From assembly GCF_004010195.1 (NCBI RefSeq), contig NC_057753.1:2333285-2395284 (forward strand): a stretch of 62,000 nucleotides of DNA. Reading direction: 5' to 3'. The notes beneath the pieces were generated by a model that made no database searches, was not told the origin of the DNA, and was given only the letters and a program-made list of their open reading frames with translations. This document shows, in pieces, positions 1 through 12,783 of this stretch. Made by a program: the position numbers and the translations under genes. Every line of letters begins with the position of its first letter. Position 1 is the first letter of the stretch. The stretch comes from Chiloscyllium plagiosum. Lineage: Eukaryota.

Positions 1-900
1 TAAAGCAGCACTGCCAAAGATGGCACCACATATCATATAGGATACTTTCTATCAGAAACACTTGTGTGCTGAAAACTGCCTGTGTACAGAAATGTAACTA
101 TATTCCCCAATGTCTAATAGACTGAAACTGAAATCACCACTATAACTGTACGAATGTATAAAATGTGTGTGTGTGTGTACTTATTTATTGTTCATAATTT
201 CCTGATATCATTTTAATTAAGTGGGTCCATTTTCCCGTTCTGTTCTATATTAAATGGAACTTTTACATTAATTTGCTGAAATGGTTTTCATATGTGCCTC
301 CCTTGTGAGGAATGCCAGGCTACACAACCCTGTCTTCTCTCTCTTATTTTCTTATATGGTGATCCGTCTGGAGGTCACAAATCTGGCTGTGAACATCTGC
401 CATTTGTAACTGTCAAGCATCTGCAGTCATTTTGAATCTGCTAAAAAGCTCCAGGCAGTCATTTTGCCAACTAAAGGCATGGGCCACTACAGAAACATGG
501 AGCACGAGACCCTCTACAAATGGGTTTCGACACATCAAGAAGAATGTGAATGCTGGAATCGTGCTGCCAAATCTGAGATTGACGTCATGCTTGGATCTAT
601 TATTGATTGAATGTGGAACGGCATGTTCAAGTTTACAGTCCGATGATGACTGTGGACATTATAGTCTGAGAAATCAAAATGCTCATGTGAAATTCCTGTT
701 TTCCTAATGTAAGGCAATAACAAAAAATAACTTACATTTATATTGAAACTTTGACGTAGTAAAGCCTCGATAGTTGCTTCGCAGTTAATCAGAAACTGCA
801 TTCGAAGAGCTCGATTTGAAGGAGGATCTTAGAGCGGGGATTTACGGAGGGAATGCAGAGTTCGTTGCCTCGGCAGCTGACAGCAGTCCACTAATGGTGG
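1..900. repeat. Segmental duplication block, inverted copy of ~20365-21286
   Basis: Base 1 onward (taaagcagcactgccaaagatgg...) is the reverse complement of ~21286 downward. ORFs 535..801(-) and 20463..20657(+) translate near-identically (MQFLIN.E.TIEALLRQSFNIN). Confidence 0.92.
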
Positions 901-3248
901 GTTGACTTATCTGTGACATAGGGAAGGGTTATGTGGCGACGCCGCATCACAGGAATTCACGGTAAGACAAGGAGTCCTCAATTATGTAAAGTGGGATAGA
1001 GTGTCCAATGAAGAGTGGTGAAGTCATACTAGGAGTGCTAGGCAAACTTTCAGTTCCAGGAATACAAATTGTCCTTGCTAATGATCTAGCTGATTCACCG
1101 GTAGGAGTGCTGCCTACAGTGGGTGAAATGCCAGTCAAAACTCAGGCAACTGAAATATTGCAGGACTCATATCCTGGGACTTTTCCTGACTGTGTAGTAA
1201 CAAGGCCAGAAAGTCACCAGTTGAAACAGGAGAAATTAAAGCGTACAGATAAGGAAGTTGGAGTGGAATTAGCAGAGACCTTATTTGATCAGAAAGTTGA
1301 GACAAGCCAGGAGCAGATAGGTGGCAATGCAGACATTTTTTATCTCGGATAAATTAAATGACTTACAGGAGAAAGATGAACATTTAAAGCCATTGCATCA
1401 AAAGGAATGCACAGAAAAATAATCCGAACGTATTCCTGAAAGTTATGATCATAAAAATGATATCTTAATAAGGAAATGGAGACCATCACATATTCAGGTA
1501 TACGAGAAATGGGCAGACTTTCATCAAGTCATTTTCCCAGTGGGTTTTCGGAAGTAGGTGTTGCGAGTAGTGCATGAGCTACCACCGGTTTATTTAGGAG
1601 TGAGAAAAACTCATGCTAAAATACAAAAAAAACATTTTTACTGTCCTGGACAGCACAAGGATACAACTGAATTTTGCCTGACATGTCAAACATGGAAAAT
1701 CACAGGCAGTAATAAAACCCGTACTTTTAATATCTATTCCTGCTTTTGAGGAACATTTTACAAGAGTTTTAATTGATGTGGAGCGACGTGCGCGCTAGAT
1801 TTCCAGAGGCACAATATCACAGCTAAAACGATTGTACAGGATGTCTCAAAATTTTCAATAGATACGGACCACTGACAGAGATACAGTCAGATCAATGGTC
1901 AAACTTCACATCAAGATTATTCACGGAAGTTGTAGACAGCTTTGGAATAAAACAATTCAAATCTACTGCATATCATTCCGAGTAACAGGGGGTGCTAGAA
2001 CCGTTACAGCAGACATTAAAAACCATGTTGAGGGTTTATAGTCAAGTCTATCCAGACGACTGGGATAAGGGAATTCTGTTTGTGCTTTTTCTGATCAGAG
2101 ATGCACGAAATTACTCGATCAAGTTCAATCCATTTCAATTAGGTTTAGGATATAAAGTGAAAGGAACGCGAAAACTGAAAAAGGAGAAATTGGTAAGTTA
2201 TAATTCAGGGATCACACATTTGGACTAGATGTCAAATGTTAGGAAACGATTAAATAGAATGGGAGAGTTGGCTAGACAGCTTTAAAAAGTTTCACAGCAT
2301 ATTATGAGACAGGGAGCAGACAAGAAATCAAAAAGTCGCAATTTTCCTATTGGGGACAAGATGTTAGTGTTACCTCCAGTAAAAGGTTAAACTTTAAAAG
2401 CAAGTTTTAATGGACCTTATCAACTCTAAAGGAAATTAAGTGAGGTGAACTATTTGATAAGGACTCCAGCCAGAACAAATCTCAGGTGAATATGCTCAAA
2501 TAGTACTTTGACAGGGAAGGAAAGCCGAAGGAGTCTGTGTTATTGCTTACAACACAACGAAAAACAAGTGAAGAGGATTCTGAATTGGACATTCCTCAAG
2601 TTAAATTGGACAATATGAAATGTGTCAAAACTTGGGCTGAATTATTAAGTTACCTTCCAGAGAAAAATGCCCGAAAAGAGTATAACTATCACGTGGGGGC
2701 ATATGTGGGAATAGTCAGGGAGGTACTAACCTAATAATGCATAGTGCAGATCCAGGAGATACTGTTCTTATTAAGCAACATCCTTCTGATATAACCCTCT
2801 AAAGTTGACACAAGTTCACAGGGACATTGGGCCCATGCTCCAAGAAGACATTATCGAAGTGAATTACAGCGACTGGTGGACACCAATAGTAATGGTGCCT
2901 AAGCCAGATGGTACCAAACGATTATGTGTGGACTATTGCATAGTCAATGCAGTGACAAAGATGGATGTATGTACGATTCCGTATTTGGAAGACTGTGTTG
3001 AAAAGGTGGGACAAGCAACTTATATTTCTAAGTTGGACTTGCTCAGACGATACTGGTAGGTACCTTTGTCACAAAGAACGAAAGCAGTTTTCGCTTTTGT
3101 AACACAGAATGGACAATAACAATTTGAAGTCACGCCATTTGGTATGAGAAATGCACCAGCCACATTTTAGAGACTAACCAAGAAGGTAATTGCCGGACTA
3201 TCCAACTGTAATGTATATATTGATGACTTGGTGACTTTTAATCACACA

Positions 3249-4867
3249 TAGAACATAGAACATAGAACAATACAGCACAGAACAGGCCCTTCGGCCCACG
3301 ATGTTGTGCCGAACATTTGTCCTAGCTTAAGCACCCATCCATGTACCTATCCAATTGCCACTTAAAGNNNNNNNNNNNNNNNNNNNNNNNNNNNNNNNNN
3401 NNNNNNNNNNNNNNNNNNNNNNNNNNNNNNNNNNNNNNNNNNNNNNNNNNNNNNNNNNNNNNNNNNNNNNNNNNNNNNNNNNNNNNNNNNNNNNNNNNNN
3501 NNNNNNNNNNNNNNNNNNNNNNNNNNNNNNNNNNNNNNNNNNNNNNNNNNNNNNNNNNNNNNNNNNNNNNNNNNNNNNNNNNNNNNNNNNNNNNNNNNNN
3601 NNNNNNNNNNNNNNNNNNNNNNNNNNNNNNNNNNNNNNNNNNNNNNNNNNNNNNNNNNNNNNNNNNNNNNNNNNNNNNNNNNNNNNNNNNNNNNNNNNNN
3701 NNNNNNNNNNNNNNNNNNNNNNNNNNNNNNNNNNNNNNNNNNNNNNNNNNNNNNNNNNNNNNNNNNNNNNNNNNNNNNNNNNNNNNNNNNNNNNNNNCAC
3801 TAAGAATCCTACCGTTAACCCTGTATTCCGCATTCTTATTTGTTCTTCCAAAATGGACAACTTCACACTTGGCAGGGTTGAACTCCATCTGCCACTCCTC
3901 AGCCCAGCTCTGCATCATATCTAAGTCCCTCTGCAGCCGACAATAGCCCTCCTCACTATCCACAACTCCTCCAATCTTCGTATCATCTGCAAATTTGCTG
4001 ACCCACCCTTCGACTCCCTCTTCTAAGTCATTAATAAAAATTACAAACAGCAGAGGACCCAGAACTGGTCCCTGCGGAACTCCACTTGTAACTGGGCTCC
4101 AGGCTGAATATTTACCATCTCCCACCACTCTCTGACTTCGACCGGTTAGCCAGTTTTATATCCAATTGGCCAGATTTCCCTCTATCCCATGCCTCCTGAC
4201 TTTCCGCATAAGCCTACCATGGGGAACCTTATCAAATGCCTTACTAAAATCCATGTACACTACATCCACTGCTTTACCCTCATCCACATGCTTGGTCGCC
4301 TCCTCAAAGAATTCAATCAGACTTGTAAGGCAAATCCGTGCTGGCTGTCCCTAATCAAGCAGTGTCTTTCCAGATACTCATAAATCCTATCCCTCAGTAC
4401 CCTTTCCATTACTTTACCTATCACCGAAGTAAGACTAACTGGCCTGTAATTCCCGGGGTTATCCCTATTCCCTTTTTTGAACAGGGGCACAACATTCGCT
4501 ACTCTCCAGTCCCCTGGTACCACCCCCGTTTCCAGTGAAGTCGAGGAGATCATTGCCGACGGTACTGCACTTTCCTCTCTTGCTTCCCACATAATCCTAG
4601 GATATATCCCATCAGGCCCGGGGGACTTGTCTATCCTCAAGTTGTTCAAAATGTCCAACACATCTTCCTTCCTAACATGTATCTCCTCTAGCTTACCAGT
4701 CCGTTTCACACTCTCCTCTTCAACAATACGGTTCCTCTCATTCGTAAATACTGAAGAAAAGTACTCATTCAAGACCTCTCCTATCTCTTCCGACTCAATA
4801 CACAATCTCCCACTACTGTCCTTGATTGGACCTACCCTCGTTCTCGTCATTCTCATGTTTCTCACAT
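3249..4867 (-). mobile_element. Young 5'-truncated CR1 LINE (ORF2 RT plus 3' UTR) nested in the Gypsy RT
   Basis: ORFs 4317..4904 and 3322..4128 give KSPGPDGIYPR, NYRPVSLTS, GVPQG and KFADD. (TTCTATG)n 3' tail at 3249-3270. N-gap 3368-3797. Confidence 0.95.
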
Positions 4868-5863
4868 GAAAGGAACATTTGCAACATTTATCAGACTTGT
4901 TCAATTAACTTCAGAAGGCAGGCTTGGTGATAAACCTGGTTAAAAGTGAATTTACCAATGCCGATGTCACTTTCCTTGGTCACTATATTGAACATGGACA
5001 AATCGCCTCATGGGATGCTAAAAAGAGGTAATTGGGGAGTTTCACATACCATGGACAAAAAGAGCAGTACAATGATTCCTGGGATTGAGTGAATTTCTTC
5101 GAAAACGTGCCCCAATGTTTGGCAGTGTGGTTGCTCCAGTCACTAAATTGCTAACGAAAGGCAAAAAGTTTCAGTGAACAGCGGAATGTCAAAAGTTATT
5201 TAACAGCCTGAAAGCTATAATAACCACAGCCCCAGTATTACCCACACCTAACTACGCAGAGCCATTCAGGATGGCGATCGATGCAAGTGATGTGGGCTGT
5301 TGATGCAAATGATGTGTGTGTTGGTGCTATTCTCTTGCAAGAAGATGACGAGAAAATGGAAAGACCTATCGAGTATTTCTCCTGGCATTTGAACATTCAT
5401 CAGCATAAATATTCGACCGAGAAATAGACATTAAGCTTGATGTTGGCGTTACATTTCTATGCTTACGTTACCAATAGATTATCTGAGACAATCATATGCA
5501 CTGATCATAGCCCACTGCAGTTTATCGAGCAGTGTGTGGACAAAAATGCCAGACTGTTTAGATGCAGCTAGCTGCAACCATTCAATTTGAAAATTGTGTG
5601 TATGGCAGCACAAGAACACATAATTACTAACGTTTTGTCAAGACTTGAATGAGAAATGGAGGTATTCGGTGGCTGGAGTAAAACAGAATTTAGTAGTGCA
5701 TGTTTGCATGTTTATTGTCAATGCAATGCATATATGTGGTGTCGAGTACTAACAATTTAGGATTAAGCGGTTTTAAAATAAAACCATCTTTGTATATCGT
5801 TGGTTCATCTTTAATGGGGGATCCGTGACAATACTGCTCCTTTAACAAGGTGATACTGTCATT

Positions 5864-6177
5864 TCATAGAATCTGCACACTGCGGAAACAGGCCATTTGG
5901 CCCAACAAGTGCAAACCGACCCACCGAAGAGTATTACAACCAGACCATTTCACTTAGCCTATTACTTTAGAGTTCCCGTGACTAAAGCACCTGGTGACAC
6001 ATCCCCTGAACACTATGGACAATTTAGCATGGACTGTGGGAGGAAACCGCAATAAATCCAGGCAGACCCGGGGAGAATGGGCAAACTCCACACAGACAGT
6101 TGCCCGAGGCTTGAATTGAAGCCGGTTCCCTTGTGCTGTGAGGCAACAGTGTTAAACATTGAGCTACCATGCCGCCC
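5864..6177 (-). mobile_element. HE1-like tRNA-derived SINE (diverged), inserted in the Gypsy LTR
   Basis: Reverse complement starts GGGCGGCATGGTAGCTCAATG (A box) and has a B-box-like motif. Homologous to the copy at 10927. Confidence 0.85.
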
Positions 6178-7142
6178 TGTCCTTGGCGTGTTTTGTTTTT
6201 ACAGAGAGGTCGTAAAAGACACAGACTCTGAAATGGTTTCAGGGTCAATTTGAGTATAGCTAACAAATACTGTCCTAACAAAAAGGCTTTCAAGTTTATA
6301 AAAGAAATGTATAATGAAAGGGGAGTGCCCGGTTTTCCCAGCTCCTCTTTTCTCTGGTTTGATTTGGTTGTTAGTAGTAGTGTTGAAAAAGCTGCTGGAC
6401 CCCAAAGAAGTAGGCTGATCCTCCTCTTTCCCAAACTTCCCTCATGTAAGACCTTGTGTTTGATTTTTTTTTCTTTTGAGCCAAGGGGTTTTTAACAGAA
6501 TTGTTGCAAGTATTGGAATAGCACCATTCAGTTGAGATAATCTGTTGGATGTTTACAAATGTTAAGTTATTCTGTATTCAGTTCTCTTTAGTTTGTGCTT
6601 CATTTGGTAGTTGAAATCTTGTAAATAAATTGTATTTTGTTAAGGTTTGACCAGCAGCATCTCTCCTAGAGTATTCACTTTACACCCGGTTAAAGCAACG
6701 AGGAAAGTGAGGGTCTAGTCTAGCATTTTGAAATGTTTTGAGGGGTCTGGCCCATGCCAATCAGAACTGAAGGAGTGCAGGGACCTCTGAACATCTTACT
6801 GCTACAAGAGGCTCCAGAGAGTGACTGCCTCCCTGGAGCCTCTAGCATGGTTCTGAAATGCAGTCTGTGATCGAGGCACTGCAGGAAACGTCTGCTGCTT
6901 TAAACAGAATGACTATCTCTCTGGCCTTACAATCCGCAACCAAGTCTCCAACAATCTGGCAGCGTACAAGCAATGATTTTTGAAAAAACTCATTTATAGA
7001 TTGTGGATTAAGACTGGCTAGGTCAAAATTTATTATCTATCCCAAATTGCCCAGAGGACAGTTAAAAGTCAACCACACTGTTGTTCTGAATTCAACGTTG
7101 GGTAGACAAGATAAAGCCCCCTTTGCCTTTGCGAAAGTATAT

Positions 7143-7490
7143 TCATAGAATCATTGCATTACTACAGTGTGGAAACAGGGCTTTAGGCCCAACAAATCAC
7201 ACTGACATTCCGAAGAGTATCCCACCCAAACCCCTTCTCCTAACCTATTACTCGACGTTTATAGCTGACTAAAGCACCAAACCTACACATTCCTGAACAC
7301 TATGGGCAATTTAACATAATCAATTCACCTGAGCTGCACATTTTTGGATTGTGGGACAGAATCGGGGCATCTAGAAGAAACCCACGCAAATATGGAAGCT
7401 CCACACAGACTGTCATCCAAAGCTGGAATTGAACCCGGTCCCTGGTGCTGTGAGGCAGCAGTACTAACCATTGGGTCAACGTGCCATCCC
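7143..7490 (-). mobile_element. HE1-like SINE (diverged)
   Basis: Reverse complement has GGTTAGTACTGCTGCCTCACAGCACCAGGGACCGGGTTCAATTCC and a CCTGTTTCCACACTG tail. Confidence 0.85.
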
Positions 7491-9189
7491 AAAGCACGAG
7501 CAGCTGCAAAACTCCAGGGCCAGTCCGGGATAATAACAACCCTACAATCAACAATATGTTTGATGGTCATTATTAACCTTAATTCCACATTTTAAAAATT
7601 GATTATAAATTCAGTCATCTGCTGTGATTTAATCCCAGGTCCCCAGAACAGTACCTTGCTCTCTGGATAAAAGAGCTGTGATAAAACCACGAGGTCATCA
7701 CACTACCCCAGCCCCCACCTCCAATATAATATGGCTCCAGTAGAGGGATAATGAACAGGAATAAAGAACAAGACTCCATTTACTTCCTTTACTGGACCTG
7801 CATCATAAGCCACTTCAACATGTTGGCTGTCAAAGAGTCTATGCGCAATGAGAAATTGGTGTGAAATGTTGGCCAAGCTTTTTCTTTGTTATGGTGCTGG
7901 AATGACAAATGTGAGTGGCAATTTCAGCATGGTGTGAAATTGACTTCAGTGACCTTCTATTGATTTGTGACGTGATCTAGGAAAGTACCACTAATAAGCA
8001 ACAGCAAGTGAAGGCACAATTTCAATCATGCAATTTAAGGGATGCAAGTTTTCACTCTCCTAACTGTTGTCTACACAGGACTCCCGCTGCAAATTAAGCA
8101 GTAGTTGTTTGATATGCTCCGTTTTTTTTTTGGAAACACCCGAGTGGCCAGTTCTTATGCTCAGTTTTATTCTGACGAACATATTGCATACACGATTCGC
8201 CTTGTTGACATTCCTGCGTGCATAAAAACATACATCTCACGGTTCTTATTGATTCCTTTGGAGTATGGAAATTACACTGAATTCTTCGTTTTGCTCTTAT
8301 TCCAGTAGTTAGTGCCTGTGGCTTCAATAGCAATGATTTTCTTTCCCCTGTGTGATATACAGTGAGCGAAAACTCTTGTCGTAATACAAAATGGGAAAAA
8401 ATACAACAGTAGCTTACAAGCAGTTTGAAGCCACCAAATATGATATGAGTTCTAAGAAAAAAAATGGCGTTAACAAATTGTGCAAGAAGGAAGAAACCAA
8501 TGCATATCTCTTGATGATTCGCAAAGATTATTTGTGTTATTTGTGATTTAAAAAAATCAGAGAAGTGCAATACTCCAGTGCGTTTTATTAATAACAATAA
8601 ATGGCAATGAACAAAACATTTTCGATATTAGTCAATCATGGAGGCTGGATTTCTAAGGAATACCTTGGCAACTATTTACTTCTCTGCCAATACTTCTGTC
8701 TTCTATTGGGCCATCATCTCCGAAGTTGTATGCTTCTAAGTGATCCGAAGTGATTTCAAAGATTTTATGCAGAAAATACTAATGCTTTCAACGAACAAAG
8801 AGCAAAGAAAATTATAGGCCCTCCAAGCCTGCACTGATCCAGATACTCTATCTAAACCTCTCGCCGATTTTCCAAGGATCAGTATCCTCCTGCTCCCTCT
8901 CACATTCATATAGCTGTCGAAATACATCTAAAATGACGCTATTGTGCCCGCCTGGAACATTATTTCCTGGTATATTATGTCCCTGACCTGATCGCATCTC
9001 ATCAGTAGTTTATATGAGTCAAAAGAAAGTGCTAATGCTTATTGTGCTGTGCTAGTTGTAATGATCTTTGAAGGAATATCTTCTGGCAACTGAGTTATCA
9101 TGTCCATAATCGTAAGGTAATTTTGGTGTCCTGTATTTGTTTCTGACACTAGCCTGAATCAACCTATGAACACTCAACCGAATTGTTAA

Positions 9190-9600
9190 TCAAAACTACA
9201 ATGGGTAGAACCAGGGTACACTGTTAATCACGCATATAAAAATACACAAAGATTTTTCTTACAATATGCTGTACAATAAAGGCAAGCTCCTGTTACCCAG
9301 CTGCAATTTTTCTTAGTACAATATTACATTTATACATTGGACAACAAATGGCCACAATTCAATCGAATGCAAAAGCAATTGTTAACTCAACATAGCTGTC
9401 AAGGCCATCACAAATTATGGCAGAACAAATACGATATCAGACAAGAACTGATGGAATGTAAATCACAGGAAAGAACTTCTGCACTTGCTGAATCACGGGA
9501 GTTGGACAATTCGCATATTGATAAGTCTCTCTTTGAACCAAAAATCTGAATTTAAATCTGAATGAGATATAGAAACGCAGCCAGAGACTTTGGCAGCATA
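9190..9600 (-). pseudogene. Decayed GPR139-like exon 2 (TM2-TM4/ECL2 relic)
   Basis: Minus strand reads KVSGCVS..., FFPVIYIPSVLV*YRICSAIICDGLDSYVELTIAFAFD*IVAICCP, then after a frameshift YCTKKIAA, then VINSVPWF. This is colinear with LSGCVT / YFP..LRSALIYTFIDNSVWLTVTFTFDRFVAISCQ / YCTETLAA / IINNIPWL of the intact gene. Confidence 0.8.
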
Positions 9601-10577
9601 TATAGAATGAGCACCAAAGTTCATCTTTCGAGTGCGATTCTGTTCTTTGAGTTTGGTAAACGGTTGCCATGCCAGGTAGATTTTTGTCAGCAACTAGCTG
9701 GAATAAAGTGGAATTGTGTAGACACAACAGAAATTCTTGTTTATGCTATCGGTCATTGTGAAGAATTCTTAGTTTCACGAGAGCATATGAAGACAACGAT
9801 GCTGGAGTCTAGTTATCCGGGATGTCAGCTGGTGGAACGAATCAACTGACATATGTATTTGAGCCAGGCAAATGAAGATGTGGGTGCAGAATATAACTTT
9901 TCTGAGTCCATACACTTCCACTAAATTCACACATGCTAAACAGAAAAAAAAAGTCAGCAACACATGTGAGTGTGCAGTACTGGACGTAATAATTCTGAAG
10001 GCAGCAGTGAGTTCTGCAAATATCCACACCATATATAAACAAACCCACATGGACCAATATGCAAATCCACATGAACTGTTGTATACAGAATGTAACTCTA
10101 CTCAACTTCGTCTGTCTACAGAATATAAACAGCCCCACGTAGTCAAATTGATGTACTGTCTCAGAGAAAATTAACATTGCACCTGACTAGTCATTGCACC
10201 AGTACGATATTTATCATCAGTGAGATTGCACTGATTTCAATTTTTTCTGAAGAAGAATTATATTTTTGACCGCATTGTGTCATGAACACCGTGTATTGTC
10301 CAGGAAATCATAATCTGCTCCTTATATGTTTGAGAAGATGTACAAATCGTTTATATGTAATCCCTTGGTTTTTAGTTTATTACAGTGTTCAACCTCATGA
10401 AAGCAAAAACATTCTTTTCCACCTCACAAATTCAAACAGGCAGCAGATGCACTAATCTTATGATTAAATTAATATTGAAAGAACAACCATCGAATTAGTC
10501 CCCTGGTACCTGGCGTTAGGTATAATTATCACCCGTCTTCAGTGAATTACCAAATGCACTCAGAAGCTTCAGCAGAA

Positions 10578-10647
10578 ATGCACGGAATACCAAAGGGTCT
10601 GCTGTTTTCGATTTACTATCCTATCCTTGCAGTTATAGGGATTCCAG
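10578..10647 (+). CDS. GPR139-like GPCR gene A, exon 1 (MHGIPKGLLFSIYYPILAVIGIP+G)
   Basis: ATG in agaaATG context, 70 nt, ends CCAG|GTAAAG (phase 1). Joins in frame to the exon at 12784 to give TM1 YYPILAVIGIPANLVVIVILS, as in GPR139-family receptors. Confidence 0.9.
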
Positions 10648-10926
10648 GTAAAGTATTGGATTCACTTACAAACTGTGTCATTCATCGGTGAACTGCATTA
10701 TTTATACCATTTTATGAACAGTGCATCTCCTTTTATCTCTCATGATGTTTACTATCTTTGGACAAAGCAGATTGTCTTTGCTGTACCTTTGCAACTCTAT
10801 TTTCCTATCCAAAATCATTTCGAACCTGAAAGCTGTTAATTCATCATTTAGATGAAACCATCGACCATTGGTGACATAATTTCTCAGTGTTAGTGGCATA
10901 GTTTATCTTCTTGAATATTATTATAT

Positions 10927-11236
10927 GGGCGGCACGGTGGCACAGTGGTTAGCACTGCTGCCTCACAACGCCAGAGACCCGGGTTCAATTCCTGCCTCAG
11001 GCGACTGACTGTGTGGAGTTTGCACGTTCTCCCCGTGTATGCGTGGGTTTCCTCCGGGTGCTCCGGTTTCCTCCCACAGTCCAAAGATGTGCAGGTCAGG
11101 TGAATTGGCCGTGCTAAATTGCCCGTAGTGTTAGGTAAGGGGTAAATGTAGGGGTATGGGTGGGTTGCGCTTCGGCGGGTCGGTGTGGACTTGTTGGGCC
11201 AAAGGGCCTGTTTCCACACTGTAAGTAATCTAATCT
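10927..11236 (+). mobile_element. Young full-length HE1-like SINE in the gene A intron
   Basis: GGGCGGCACGGTGGCACAGTGG (A box), GGTTCAATTCC (B box), (AATCT)n tail. Absent from the paralogous introns at ~33120 and ~60270. Confidence 0.95.
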
Positions 11237-12783
11237 ATTTAACTATTTTAACATTGTACATTTTTTGTGGTGCCAATAGTATTTCACCCCGTTCAGTTTT
11301 ATTTTCATGTGACAGTACCATGCTATTGCGTCATTTATATTTTCTTCATTTCCCATTATCAAATCATGATGTGCATGCTCATTTATTCTCACCATTATTG
11401 TATAAAGCTTTCTTCTTATTGTTACAATTCAATGATATTCCTGTTTTTTATTGCTAATGCTATTCGGTTCAAGGTAATGTAAAGGTATTATAGCGTGAAA
11501 GTTCAGTTACTGAGACATTGACACTGTTGTTGGTGAATCTTTACTCCATTTTCATAGTGTAACGAGAGCCGCACTACATTTTTGATGGTGTTCCTGTATG
11601 GGGTTTATCTTACTGTTATCACAGTAAAAAAAAACTCTTTCTTTCGTGGCTGACACAATTTAAGTGGGCGATGAATAAACTGTTCTCAGCGTGTGATGTT
11701 GTGTTATTATCAATGTATTGTATGGAAATTCCACATTATCAGTGTTGATGAGGAATTATTGCACCAATCACTTTTTGAATTTGTTATGTTACGAAAAATT
11801 AAAAAGAAACTTGGCAATGAGTTTGAAATATTGGAGCAGTGTTTGCGAAATTTGATGTATCGCTTTCATGAACAGGAATTATTAGGCACAGCCATGGTTT
11901 CCAACATAAACGCCAAGAAGCTGTTGTCATGTGACAATGCAAGTGAAAATATCCTGAGATGACAGACTAAGATGCGTTTTTATTGGTCTCTAAAGCTCAC
12001 TGCTTGAATCTAATTCTTCACTTTCTCATGAGCCTCTGCTGATGGTGCTAAACTGAAAACGTTTGAGAGTCAGATTTTCTCCTGCTTTGAGCATCTCATA
12101 AAGCATTATATTTTTGAAATTTCTTTTTCCAAGTTGAGTGAAAAACCATAACTCATAGTATCCCTTAAATGTAAGATGTCACACATTTCCTTTGTTTCAA
12201 GTATCAGCGATTGGATAAAGTTCATCAATTGTTACATGGATTGCAGGCCAGCAATGATGAAGTGATTTCATGCCTGAACTCAGTAGGAAGGTCTTTCTCC
12301 GAATCAGAACCCATCATCTACCAGTTCAAACGCTTGAAGATAAGATACAATTTGCTGTACGCTTAAGAGATTTGAATTACTAAAGACCCTACCAGCGTCC
12401 AACTTATGTTATCCCTGCAGTCTCGACTGACATTTTGGTTGTGTGTTCATTTTCCTCTATTTCAGAATAACTGTAACCGAGATGACTGGTAAGTTCACCA
12501 ACAGTGATTAGTTGGGCAGTAACACACTGGAATGAATCACATTGATTCACAGTGAGGTATGATATTTGTACATTTTAGTTTCTCAGTCTGTGATTATGGA
12601 CCTTCATATTTCCTGTAATTCACTCTCGATTAGTCTTTGCTTTCTTATTCAATATGACTGCAATGCCATTTCTTGTTTTCAAATCCATAGCACTTTTGCT
12701 TTGATCTAGCTCGAATCTTTCTGTCTTCAGCGCTCTCTCTTATGAAAAACGATTTCACTCTCTCTCTCCCTCTTTTATTATAG

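Larger units (their letters stand above)
930..6760 (+). mobile_element. Degenerate Gmr1-like Ty3/Gypsy LTR retrotransposon (PR-IN-RT-RNase H order), 5'-truncated, probable 3' LTR ~5826-6760
   Basis: Protease C-terminal motif GVLGKLSVPGIQIVLANDLA (~1030). Integrase zinc-finger region HELPP.YLGVRKT...FCLTCQ (~1570-1690) and core QTLKTMLR...WD (~2010). RT PIVMVPKPDGTKRLCVDY (~2880) and YIDD (~3216). RNase H DASD (~5280). Purine tract at ~5815. Many stops and frameshifts. Confidence 0.85.

Noticed and set aside
432..801. ORFs conserved between 432-801 and 20463-20845
   Set aside because: Explained by the recent inverted duplication. The frames break differently in the two copies and show no recognisable domain.
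3322..3946. Long ORFs spanning N runs (also 29506-30585 and 31296-32472)
   Set aside because: Their length is an artefact of X translation across assembly gaps inside CR1 and Penelope repeats.
8094..8597. 167-aa minus-strand ORF
   Set aside because: No recognisable motif, and the paralogous DNA at ~49640-49870 does not keep the frame.
10927..11000. tRNA gene (A and B boxes), also at 52569
   Set aside because: These are the tRNA-derived heads of SINEs and continue into a SINE body and tail.
10890..11219. Recurrent ORF MWKQAL.PNKSTPTRRS (also 52605-52862 and 13846-14031)
   Set aside because: Antisense translation of SINE copies, not a gene family.
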